Shown: piece after piece, positions 56,031-64,000 of the stretch
How the letters are laid out: each line of letters begins with the position of its first letter
Position numbering within the stretch: the stretch's first letter is position 1
Assembly: GCA_026397015.1 (NCBI GenBank)
Contig: JAPLVR010000004.1
Location: 1 to 64,000 of the forward strand
DNA from: Candidatus Iainarchaeum sp.
GTDB taxonomy: Archaea; Iainarchaeota; Iainarchaeia; Iainarchaeales; JAAZKV01
DNA: 64,000 nucleotides
Direction: 5' to 3'
The notes under the pieces: model-generated
Databases searched by the model: none
What the model was told of the DNA's origin: nothing
Seen by the model: only the letters and a program-made list of their open reading frames with translations
Program-made: the position numbers and the translations under genes

Positions 56031-56240
56031 TGGGCGCCATATCCTCCGGCGAAGTGCTTATTCTGGGAAAGGAATTTGTCGGTCTTTACGAGTAGGGAGT
56101 TGTTTGAGAGGCAGCTCTATTTCGTGCAGATACTAAAATTCCGCGGCGACATAACCTCCACTTTGAAGTGGCTTGGCTAGCAGTAGGAAATGACCCACAT
56201 CGGAAGGCCGATGGAATACGCTTCAGGGCATGAAAACAGA
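56031..56240 (+). ncRNA. Candidate multi-hairpin structured RNA
   Basis: Long hairpin 56071-56142, hairpins ccact/agtgg and catcgg/ccgatg, possible closing stem. No credible ORF. Confidence 0.4.
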
Positions 56241-56275
56241 TAAAATTTCCGATGAATTTATTTTTTGCAAGGTTT

Positions 56276-56638
56276 TTACGAGTATTTTTCGTAGAATTTT
56301 TTGTAGTCCCTCTTAATATTCTCCACAAATTTTGGGAGTTTCGCATCAGGCACTTTGCGTTTTTTTCCAACCATTTTCAGAAGAAGGTCAATTCTCGCGT
56401 TGTCGGGTTCCATTCCAGTTTCAAAAATTGTTAGGCATATGCTTTTTAGTTTCTTTTTTACAAACCTCTTTTTTGTGGGCATTTTTCCCTTCCGCTTGGC
56501 CCTTATACCCTTGAAAATGGCCCGCAGGTTTGATTCGGGGGGACTCAGAGCGCTTTCTCCCAAGACCGTTCCCAGAAAGAGCCCCTTTCGGGCCATAATT
56601 ATTTTGTGGCGGCGTATTCTTTCAGCATGAGGAGCCAT
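56276..56638 (-). CDS. Basic hypothetical protein
   Basis: MAPHAERIRRHKIIMARKG, own TATA-like box. Confidence 0.6.
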   Translation of the reverse strand: MAPHAERIRRHKIIMARKGLFLGTVLGESALSPPESNLRAIFKGIRAKRKGKMPTKKRFVKKKLKSICLTIFETGMEPDNARIDLLLKMVGKKRKVPDAKLPKFVENIKRDYKKFYEKYS

Positions 56639-56697
56639 ATCAACCAATAAATATGTTCGGAAAAATTCATATTTATATGTTCCCGCCCGGTGCGATG

Positions 56698-57345
56698 CTA
56701 TTTTGCCATCTGCGGTTCTTTTAACATATCCATGACACGCGTTTTAAAACCGACTTTTTCGGCAATCTTCAGCACCCTTCTATCGTATTCCCTTTGTATC
56801 TTCGCCCTTTCAGTTTCCGGAGCTGACTTGTATTTTTCTATCAGCGGATTAAGGGTCATCCACATTACAACGAGCCTCATTTTGCCCATCTCAACATCAA
56901 GAGGTTTTTTCCTTTTGATGTTGAAAAAAAATCTTTTGGTTTCACTGCCTTCCCCCATCCGGGTCACAACAAAATTTTCAATTCCATAATGCTTCTGCAG
57001 GTTGAAGAAAAAAGCAGGGTCTTCGGTTCCCAAAGGGTTCATGGGGAATGTTTTGCCCTTGCGCGGATGCGTGTGGATGTAGATTGTCTTTTTCGCGCCT
57101 CCCACGATTTTGGCAATTTTTTTTATGTCCGCGCCCGAAGCGTAAGGAAGGCGTGCCCTTGATACCATTATCGGTGCCTTTCCCCGCGGTTTTAAAAATG
57201 CGATTTCATAGTCAAAATTTTTTTTGTCCGGCCACACCACGTGCAAATGCCTTCCAATGCCAGTGTTGCTTTTCGCCGCCCCCTCAATGTAAGAACGCAC
57301 TGGCTTTTTCGGCTTCCGCCCCGCCCTTGTTGCAACTGCCCGCAT
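56698..57345 (-). CDS. Basic protein with JAB/MPN-like motif
   Basis: YEIAF...IYIHTHP...PLGTED. Basic leader MRAVATRAGRKPKKP. Confidence 0.55.
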   Translation of the reverse strand: MRAVATRAGRKPKKPVRSYIEGAAKSNTGIGRHLHVVWPDKKNFDYEIAFLKPRGKAPIMVSRARLPYASGADIKKIAKIVGGAKKTIYIHTHPRKGKTFPMNPLGTEDPAFFFNLQKHYGIENFVVTRMGEGSETKRFFFNIKRKKPLDVEMGKMRLVVMWMTLNPLIEKYKSAPETERAKIQREYDRRVLKIAEKVGFKTRVMDMLKEPQMAK

Positions 57346-57447
57346 AAACAATTATGCCATCCGGCTGTTTTTATTCCTTTGCCTATGGGTTGGGGCGGAA
57401 AAAGAGGCATAGTTAAGTTTATTAATTTCGGCAAACCCAACTTTCAA

Positions 57448-58050
57448 ATGCCGATAAGAATCATTGCGGGAAGAACAAAATTCGGGAGGAAAAAAGAGTG
57501 CACCATACCGGTTTTGCTTTACGGGCCGAGAGGCGAACACATTCCAGAATATGCGCTGGAAAACAGTTACCGCGATTTGATGAGAGCTAAGCTTTTCAGC
57601 GCGTCGGGGAAGGAAATCGGCGGCAGAAATGCAGGGGCAACAATTCTTGCGCCCAACGGAAAACCTGTTAATCAGTTAATTTTGGAAAGGTATTCCAGGG
57701 CGGAGCTGGCGAAAGCGCTTGCAAAAATGAAAAGAGAAACCAGGGGCATGAAAAGGGAAACACTCAAAATTGCCGGCAGAGCCCTTTCAGGGCTCTTAAG
57801 GCTTGGAAAAGGAGAGGAAGAGAAAGCAATCAAAATTCTGGTGAATAATTCTTTTTTTAGAACTGCAATGCTTGAAGGCAAACTCGATATTCCGTTCAAT
57901 TCGCGAATTTCGGTAATAAAAAGTTTTGCAGAAGACTATTTTTTCGATGTTGTGAAAAAAGATTCGGCTGAAAGGAAAATTTTGTTAAAAATCGGCGGCA
58001 GCGAGCTGCTGAGGAAGAAAAGCGATTTGATCATCCCTGGAAAAAAATGA
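57448..58050 (+). CDS. Basic hypothetical protein
   Basis: tttattaa box ~25 nt before ATG 57448. MPIRIIAGRTKFGRKK. Confidence 0.65.
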   Translation: MPIRIIAGRTKFGRKKECTIPVLLYGPRGEHIPEYALENSYRDLMRAKLFSASGKEIGGRNAGATILAPNGKPVNQLILERYSRAELAKALAKMKRETRGMKRETLKIAGRALSGLLRLGKGEEEKAIKILVNNSFFRTAMLEGKLDIPFNSRISVIKSFAEDYFFDVVKKDSAERKILLKIGGSELLRKKSDLIIPGKK

Positions 58051-58113
58051 TTAGGCTCGATGAAATGAAAAAAAATCTCTTCACCTCGCAAACAAAGCAG
58101 CTGTAAAAAAGCA

Positions 58114-58920
58114 TTAGAAATCCATGCATTGCGAAATATTGTTCCTGTACTTCAGCGGCGCGTTGAATTTTTCGCCAAGCGCAAGATATTCTTTTTTGAT
58201 TTCACCGATTGGAGGGACATTTTTTCCCTTCAATGAATCAAAAATGGCGGGATTTTTTATGGCAGCCCTTCCAATCATTACCCCGCCGACGCCAATTTTC
58301 CTCATCAACTCAATTTTTTCAGCCGAATCGATGTTCCCGTTCGCAATTATTGTTTTTCCAGTTTCAACGCATTCGGGCAGAACCGAGTAATCTGGTTCGT
58401 TTTCATTTGTCTGTTCCCCCGTTCTAACATGGACGACAAAAAAATCCGGCTCAACGGATTTTATCAGGTTGAGATAAACTTTGTGCCGTTTTTCAAATTC
58501 GTTCGTTCCCAGCCTTATTTTTACCGAAACAGGGTGGCCGAATTTTTGAACGATTGAAATGAGTCTTGCCGTTTTTGAAATTCTTTTAATCATTGCACAG
58601 CCCCGGCCCTGTCTTATCACATTCGGGCTTGAGCAGCTCAAATTTAAATTAAATCCCTTGAACCCTTCGAACGGCTTGAATTTTCCCAAAAACTTTTCGA
58701 GCTGGTCTTCCCTGCCCGCAAGAAGCTGAACCTGAACGGGCGTCGCATCTTTTATTTCAATTTTTGCCCATGTCGCCTTGTTGTTTCTGGCCAGCCCTTC
58801 GACGCGCCCCATTTCAGTAAAGGTCAGGTCCGCGCCGTGGCAATGGCAAAGAGTTCTGAAAGCATTATCGGAGTAGTCCTCCAAAGGCGCGAGCATGAAT
58901 TGGAATTCTTTTTGATTCAT
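58114..58920 (-). CDS. tRNA-dihydrouridine synthase family protein (second paralog)
   Basis: LAPLEDYS, NLNLSC, KIRLG, HVRT, ANGNI, MIGRAAIKNP. Confidence 0.88.
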   Translation of the reverse strand: MNQKEFQFMLAPLEDYSDNAFRTLCHCHGADLTFTEMGRVEGLARNNKATWAKIEIKDATPVQVQLLAGREDQLEKFLGKFKPFEGFKGFNLNLSCSSPNVIRQGRGCAMIKRISKTARLISIVQKFGHPVSVKIRLGTNEFEKRHKVYLNLIKSVEPDFFVVHVRTGEQTNENEPDYSVLPECVETGKTIIANGNIDSAEKIELMRKIGVGGVMIGRAAIKNPAIFDSLKGKNVPPIGEIKKEYLALGEKFNAPLKYRNNISQCMDF

Positions 58921-58973
58921 AAATAGAGTGCGGGCTGCAAACCTTTAAATAGCTGTTAGGCAGAAATTCATTC

Positions 58974-59525
58974 ATGGGAGTTCCAAAAATTTTTGGCAAA
59001 TCGGCCGGAAGAATGACGAGGGTGAAGCGCCGTGAAATTGCAGAGAAAGTTTCACAGGGCATCGCGCTGCAGGAATCAAGAAAGCTTCTCGCCGAAAAAG
59101 GAAAATATTCGTTGAATGAAATTAGAAAGGCATTTGTTGAAAAAGAACTTCCTGTTCGTGTAAGAATCGCGACAAAAATCGCTTTGGACAGGCTCGGAGT
59201 AAAATGGGGCATGGGAAAAAAAGGGGACATGGGAAAAAGGCAGCGTATATACGAAATAATGGATTGTTCGCTGAAACGGGAAGAGGCGAGAGAATTTTGG
59301 GGAAAGGAAGCGTACGGAGACCCTGCACAGGAAGAACTCGCACGCCAGTTGTTGAAAGAACTCGGCAGTTCTAGTGCGTTAAGAAAATTTAACAAGTATC
59401 AAGGAAGGGAATTGAGAAAATTTTTGCCGCTCACCAGCAGGTACATGGAAGTCGGCATAAAAAGGGCCAGCATCGAAAATTACATTCGCGCAATGAGGCT
59501 GCTTGGCTCAAAAGTGAAAAAATAA
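58974..59525 (+). CDS. Basic hypothetical protein
   Basis: tttaaata box ~25 nt upstream. MGVPKIFGKSAGRMTRVKRR. Confidence 0.65.
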   Translation: MGVPKIFGKSAGRMTRVKRREIAEKVSQGIALQESRKLLAEKGKYSLNEIRKAFVEKELPVRVRIATKIALDRLGVKWGMGKKGDMGKRQRIYEIMDCSLKREEAREFWGKEAYGDPAQEELARQLLKELGSSSALRKFNKYQGRELRKFLPLTSRYMEVGIKRASIENYIRAMRLLGSKVKK

Positions 59526-59659
59526 AAAACGAAAAGATGAAAAAAATAAAAAGTGAAAATACGAGAAAAATAAAAGATGAAAAAAAGAAAAAACGAAAAA
59601 GGCAAAAAACAGGAAAAACAAAAACGGCGCTTATTTTGTCAATTATTTTTTTGGTGCGA

Positions 59660-60577
59660 ATGATGGAAAAAATGGAATCACGGACGAAAGCAATTGATGT
59701 TGTTACATTCATGCTTAACACTCCGCTCGAAAGAAAAGGAATCTTTGAAGAACTGTCAAGGCTTGAAATACTAAAAGCAATAAGGGCGGAACTCAAGAGT
59801 CGTCCGAACGGACCGGTAATACTGATTTTTCCGGAAGCGGCCCTCGGAATGAAGGCGATTTCAAGAATTGAAAGCAAGCGGTTTGTTTCGCGGATAAACA
59901 GGGTTCTTTCTGCACACGGGAACGCGTTTGTGTTTTTTTCAGTAATTGAAAAAATAAGCAGGGGAGGAAAGGCGCGACCCCGTGCCCTGGTAAATTATTC
60001 GATATCAAACACAGGTTACATAATAACGCCTTCGAAAACAAAAAAATGGTTTGCATACCCGAAGCTCACGCAAAGGAAAAATTTTTCCTTAAAAAATATT
60101 TCAGGGTATGATTATAATGTGCTTCTTAGAAACGCCAGGCTGCCCTTGGGAGGGGGTGGGAAAGAAGAGATTTCAGAAATCATAAAAAAATGGGAAAGAA
60201 GGGCGCGCAGCATAAAGGGTTTTCCACAGCTGAGAATAGGCGGCAAAGATGTTCAGTTGAGAGTCTGCTGTGATCTTACGCTCGCAGGCGATTCGCCCTC
60301 GCACAAGGCAGTGAATTCGAAAAGAAAAGCAGACCTCATAATCGTTCCTGCAAGAGGGTACATTGATGGATTGGTGCCCAGCAATGCCGCGCAAAAGTTT
60401 TCAGGCGCACTCAAAAAAAGGGGGGCAGTATTCATTTCCGATGAATCTTTTAGAAAAATTTCATACTATAAAAAGCCAGAAGGCAGCCCCCTGGGCCTGC
60501 TGAAAGGATTCAGGTTCGCAAAGAAGGGCCATGACCCTTTTACAAATCCGATTAGAAAGTTGCCAAGAAGAAGATAA
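59660..60577 (+). CDS. Basic carbon-nitrogen hydrolase (nitrilase-superfamily)-like protein
   Basis: LIFPEAAL (Glu), SNTGYII, YPKL (Lys), RVCCDL (Cys), DLIIVPA. Ends LPRRR. Confidence 0.65.
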   Translation: MMEKMESRTKAIDVVTFMLNTPLERKGIFEELSRLEILKAIRAELKSRPNGPVILIFPEAALGMKAISRIESKRFVSRINRVLSAHGNAFVFFSVIEKISRGGKARPRALVNYSISNTGYIITPSKTKKWFAYPKLTQRKNFSLKNISGYDYNVLLRNARLPLGGGGKEEISEIIKKWERRARSIKGFPQLRIGGKDVQLRVCCDLTLAGDSPSHKAVNSKRKADLIIVPARGYIDGLVPSNAAQKFSGALKKRGAVFISDESFRKISYYKKPEGSPLGLLKGFRFAKKGHDPFTNPIRKLPRRR

Positions 60578-60619
60578 TTTTTTTGAATTCAAGCCTGTTT
60601 TTTTAAACGAAATGAAATT

Positions 60620-60880
60620 TTAAACGAAATGAAACCGTCTCGGCTTGGCTGCCAGGTAAGCGATCACAATTGGAACGCAGATTATTTTGAGCGCAAAAAT
60701 CAGCGGCGCCTCAAATAAATCGGAAGTCGTTGGGAAAAGGAGCAGAATTATTCCCTCCAAAGGAAAGTCGAAGGATTGTGCCAGCGCACCGATGGCTGCG
60801 CCGGCGAGCCCGTAAACAACAGCGATTATCAAAAAAAGTTCGAATACATCGTCCTCTTCTTCGCTTTCATTTTTTCCCAT
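60620..60880 (-). CDS. Small membrane protein
   Basis: Acidic N-terminus, two to three hydrophobic helices. Confidence 0.6.
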   Translation of the reverse strand: MGKNESEEEDDVFELFLIIAVVYGLAGAAIGALAQSFDFPLEGIILLLFPTTSDLFEAPLIFALKIICVPIVIAYLAAKPRRFHFV

Positions 60881-60952
60881 AATGTAATTATGCGCGGAAG
60901 GAAAATAAAAAGCTTCTTATGCAAAAAACACTTATCTGCTACATAATTAATT

Positions 60953-61753
60953 CTATCTGCTTAAATCGAAAAGAAGGATTGTTTTTGATTTCGGGTGGTA
61001 ATAGATGTTCTGCCCCGGAAAATCCTGTATTCCTTCCTTCATCAAATCGATGCGGATTCTCGCAGTCGCGGAAAAAAGCCTTTCCATTTCTTCCGCCGAA
61101 CGGACTTTCCTCTTTAGCTTTTTTAGGTTGCTTAGCTGTATTACCTCACCTTCCCTGTAAAAGTCGGTGACGATATAGACACGCGGCTTTGCCTTTGATT
61201 TGTCCCCATTCGGGCGGTCGGTGGTGTATTTGAGCGAATCTTTCAGCATGGTTTCCCTGCTGTAAATCAGGTGGGGTTTTATCACCCTTACGGAAAATTT
61301 TCCGGCGCGGTGCTTTATTGTTTTCAGGTATTTTTCCGCAGTCTGGAAGCCGCGCAAAGTGTCCAGGCCGTTTTCAAAGTCGGTTATCTTTACGAAAAGT
61401 TCCTTCCCTCTCGCGCTCACCTTCAGCGTCAGCGCGAGCGAACCGCCTCTGTCCCTCCCGGTTGCGGCCCTTTTGACGGTTATGCCTTTTCTTGTTTTCT
61501 GCCTGCCGAACAAAAGCTCGTCGAAATTCTTTTCAATCAGTTCCTTGGCGGTAAGCAAAATTCCCCTGTTCTTGCTGACAAATTTTTTCATTTCCGGCGA
61601 ATAGGCGAGGAACCTTCCCCCCCTGTAAAAATCCTTTTTGCTAATTTTTAGCTCAAGCCCGTGCCTTCTTGTTATCCCAGATTTTGCCCTTCCGCTTCCC
61701 TTGAACATTTCGCTGAAAGCGCTGAAAAACCTGTTGACCCTTCTTGCAGCCAT
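60953..61753 (-). CDS. Minimal protein-kinase-like protein with basic leader
   Basis: beta3 LFVK, hinge IVTDFY, catalytic loop GIQDFPGQNI (DxxxxN), LFD at the extreme C-terminus. Confidence 0.6.
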   Translation of the reverse strand: MAARRVNRFFSAFSEMFKGSGRAKSGITRRHGLELKISKKDFYRGGRFLAYSPEMKKFVSKNRGILLTAKELIEKNFDELLFGRQKTRKGITVKRAATGRDRGGSLALTLKVSARGKELFVKITDFENGLDTLRGFQTAEKYLKTIKHRAGKFSVRVIKPHLIYSRETMLKDSLKYTTDRPNGDKSKAKPRVYIVTDFYREGEVIQLSNLKKLKRKVRSAEEMERLFSATARIRIDLMKEGIQDFPGQNIYYHPKSKTILLFDLSR

Positions 61754-61778
61754 AACAAACCACTATGCGCACATGTAT

Positions 61779-62660
61779 TTATTGTTTTTCCTTTTCCGCC
61801 CGCCTTATCATTTCTTCATTTTTGCTCAGCTCGCCCAGAAGAAAGTCCAGATACCCTTCGTCGTAGTATTTCCTGTTATTCCCCACATATTTAATCAGAA
61901 CAAGCCTCGCCGATTTCTCCCGCTTCAACGCATCAACCAGTTTTGCCGGCGCGGTTATTGTGACCCGCCTTCTTTCGTATGTAATTTTGTCAACTATTTC
62001 CAAATACTTCGCGCCTTCCAATCTCGCACCCGCGCTCTTAAGCTCGAACTCGTATTTCTCCCGTTCGGCTTCCAAAGCTTTTTTCAGTTCGTTTTTTTTG
62101 ATTTTTAGTTCCCCCCTGTACCTCTGAATTAATCCCTTGAACATTCCTTCCGGTTCCCTTTCTTCCTTCATTTCAAATGCCTTGGCGGCAAGCTTTGAGC
62201 CGAGAAGCAGATGGGAGAGCATTTTCTTTTCCAACAGGATAAACCACTTTTCGTTTGAGTGTTTTCCCCGATCTTTTTGCAGGGCGTCATTCATGCGCCA
62301 GCCCTGGCGGTAGTGCTTGAGCGCCTTTTCACCCAGCCCTTCGGCCCTTCCAAAATTTTTTGCATCCGCAATCGCCAGCTGGATTGAAAGGAGCTCCGGA
62401 ATGCCGCTCCTTTTTTTCAGTTCCTTAATTTTTTTCAGGGCCTTTTCTGCCGCATCAATTTGGCTCCGCAAACGGCTGACTTTTTCCAATGAAATTTTCG
62501 GATTGCCGTCCAGGTGCTCTCTTAAAAACAAAATATTCTTCTTTTTGTTCAGCAGCAGAAAAAGCCTCTGCTTATTATAATCAGGGGAATTATGGATTTT
62601 TCTCATCGCATCGTCGAGTTTTCTTATTCTTTCGGCTCTGCTTGGAATTTTTCTCGGCAT
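61779..62660 (-). CDS. Basic helical hypothetical protein
   Basis: ttaataaa box ~25 nt before ATG 62660. MPRKIPSRAERIRK. Confidence 0.7.
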   Translation of the reverse strand: MPRKIPSRAERIRKLDDAMRKIHNSPDYNKQRLFLLLNKKKNILFLREHLDGNPKISLEKVSRLRSQIDAAEKALKKIKELKKRSGIPELLSIQLAIADAKNFGRAEGLGEKALKHYRQGWRMNDALQKDRGKHSNEKWFILLEKKMLSHLLLGSKLAAKAFEMKEEREPEGMFKGLIQRYRGELKIKKNELKKALEAEREKYEFELKSAGARLEGAKYLEIVDKITYERRRVTITAPAKLVDALKREKSARLVLIKYVGNNRKYYDEGYLDFLLGELSKNEEMIRRAEKEKQ

Positions 62661-62798
62661 GCATAAATTAGCCTTGCCTTTCTTTATTAACTTTTGCCGC
62701 CGAAAGCATTCAAGAAATATCACAGTTTCTTGGACAGTTTTCAGAAGCGATATTGGTTGATGCGAGTGTATAAAAAGTTTTTGCGCGTGCTTATTTCC

Positions 62799-63296
62799 AT
62801 GGCGTTGCATTACGAGAAAAAGAAAACTGATTTTGCCAGGCTGATTGGCTGCATAATTCTTTGTGAGATTGCCGGCGCCACCGGCTCGGTTTTTACCTTT
62901 CCGATGATAAATACGTGGTACTCATCAATCAACAAGCCTTTCTTCAATCCGCCGAATTGGATTTTCGGCCCCGTCTGGACGGCGCTGTTTCTCCTGATGG
63001 GAATTTCGCTGTATCTGGTTTTGGAAAAAGGCCTGCAAAAAAAAGAGGTCAAGAAAGCGGCTTCTATTTTTGGAGTCCAGCTGCTGATGAACATTTTGTG
63101 GTCAGTGCTATTCTTCGGATTAATGAGTCCGTTTCTCGCATTCATCGAAATAATTTTTTTGTGGCTCGCAATCGCCTTCACGATAAAAAGCTTTTACCCG
63201 ACTTCAAAAAAGGCCGCATGGCTTCTGGTTCCATACATCTGCTGGGTGTCTTTCGCACTGATTCTTAATTTTGCGGTATGGATGCTTAACCCTTAA
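62799..63296 (+). CDS. TspO/MBR family tryptophan-rich sensory protein
   Basis: WYSSINKPFFNPPNWIFGPVW, NILWSVLFFG, LLVPYICWVSFA. Confidence 0.93.
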   Translation: MALHYEKKKTDFARLIGCIILCEIAGATGSVFTFPMINTWYSSINKPFFNPPNWIFGPVWTALFLLMGISLYLVLEKGLQKKEVKKAASIFGVQLLMNILWSVLFFGLMSPFLAFIEIIFLWLAIAFTIKSFYPTSKKAAWLLVPYICWVSFALILNFAVWMLNP

Positions 63297-63367
63297 GCCG
63301 AACAAGGCGGCATGATTTTTTTTGAGCATGAAAATTGATGCCCGCAAATGCCCCCCTTGCCCGCCTG

Positions 63368-63619
63368 TTAACTTGTGCCGCCGCCCTTTGCCAATACTTC
63401 CTTTTCCTTCCTGCTCAACTGCTTTATTTGAAACTCTCTTTTCATCGCGCCGCTTTTTGTCCTGATTTTTTCAAAATAAATTATTTTCACCGGGAGCCTC
63501 GTCCGCGTGTACCTGCTCGCTTTTCCGCTGTTATGCGCCCGAAGCCGCTTTTTGAGGTTGCAGGTGTAACCGCAGTAGTAAGTGCGGTCGGCGCACCTCA
63601 AAAGATAAATCCAAAACAC
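63368..63619 (-). CDS. GIY-YIG nuclease family protein (UPF0213-like)
   Basis: IYLLRCADRTYYCGYT..LKKRLRAHNSGKASRYTR..P, AMKREFQIK. Confidence 0.9.
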   Translation of the reverse strand: MFWIYLLRCADRTYYCGYTCNLKKRLRAHNSGKASRYTRTRLPVKIIYFEKIRTKSGAMKREFQIKQLSRKEKEVLAKGGGTS

Positions 63620-63719
63620 AATCTAAGTAAGTCACCAGCATATTTATTATATTCGGTGAAACGGCGCCGCAATTAGCTTTATATATTTGAATTGAGTACT
63701 CACTAAATTGGCGGGCATT

Positions 63720-64000
63720 ATGGATTATGAACCAAAATTTTCCCAATCTTCCTACATGATTCAAGACCTTAATCTGACCCCGCCTTCCGAAGAACCGGAA
63801 AAAATTTTTTTGCAGATAAAAAAGATTCCTGCAGAAGACATAAACACCATTAAAAACGAGCTTATCGAACTGTTCAACATGGAAGTGAAAGCGAGAGACA
63901 CATACTTTCAGGAACTGAGAAGGTTTGAAGGAATAATATTTGAAACAATAAAATGGCTATCTTACCAGGAAGCGAGGCATATACAAATAATTCAGGTGAT
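63720..64000 (+). CDS. Ferritin-like protein, truncated by the window end
   Basis: Open frame from ATG 63720 with EVKARDTY and QEARH (ExxH) helices. Confidence 0.55.
   Translation, partial: MDYEPKFSQSSYMIQDLNLTPPSEEPEKIFLQIKKIPAEDINTIKNELIELFNMEVKARDTYFQELRRFEGIIFETIKWLSYQEARHIQIIQV

Noticed and set aside
56031-56250. RNase P or SRP RNA
   Set aside because: No GAGGAAAGUCC/ACAGAA..GGCUUA P4 pairing and no SRP helix-8 motif. Kept only as an unassigned RNA candidate.
59537-59659. Lys-rich N-terminal extension of ORF 59537..60577
   Set aside because: It translates an A-rich low-complexity spacer. The ggtg RBS before ATG 59660 is the better start.
63368-63619. GIY-YIG gene as a homing endonuclease or mobile element
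   Set aside because: It matches the short stand-alone UPF0213 type, with no intron or element boundaries.

Overview
Archaeal chromosomal segment. TATA/BRE promoters, AK6, RecJ/GAN, archaeal DtdA, GGR and the thiolase-DUF35-HMGS genes mark it as archaeal. Gene style suggests a DPANN lineage, possibly Diapherotrites/Iainarchaeota (inference only). The core is a ~23 kb pyruvate/acetyl-CoA/isoprenoid supercluster (24.7-48 kb): polyprenyl synthase, IDI-2, SudA-like oxidoreductase, class II HMGR, HMGS, thiolase, DUF35, MVK, DMD, PMVK, porGDAB and ADP-forming acetate-CoA ligase. Scattered through the window, and dense at 56-63 kb, are about 16 mostly monocistronic Arg/Lys-rich genes with basic termini. 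Several carry unrelated enzyme motifs (zincin, M20, methyltransferase, HD, JAB, nitrilase, minimal kinase), which makes them a candidate effector or targeted-cargo repertoire. Other notable items: a 2.15 kb decayed cassette bounded by a perfect 13-bp inverted repeat, a HAD/nucleotidyltransferase/degenerate-GHMP insert inside the mevalonate genes, an operator motif shared by two redox promoters, and two candidate structured ncRNAs near a bacterial-type metK. I found no rRNA, tRNA, CRISPR array or transposase. All calls come from motif reading by eye; no searches were run.
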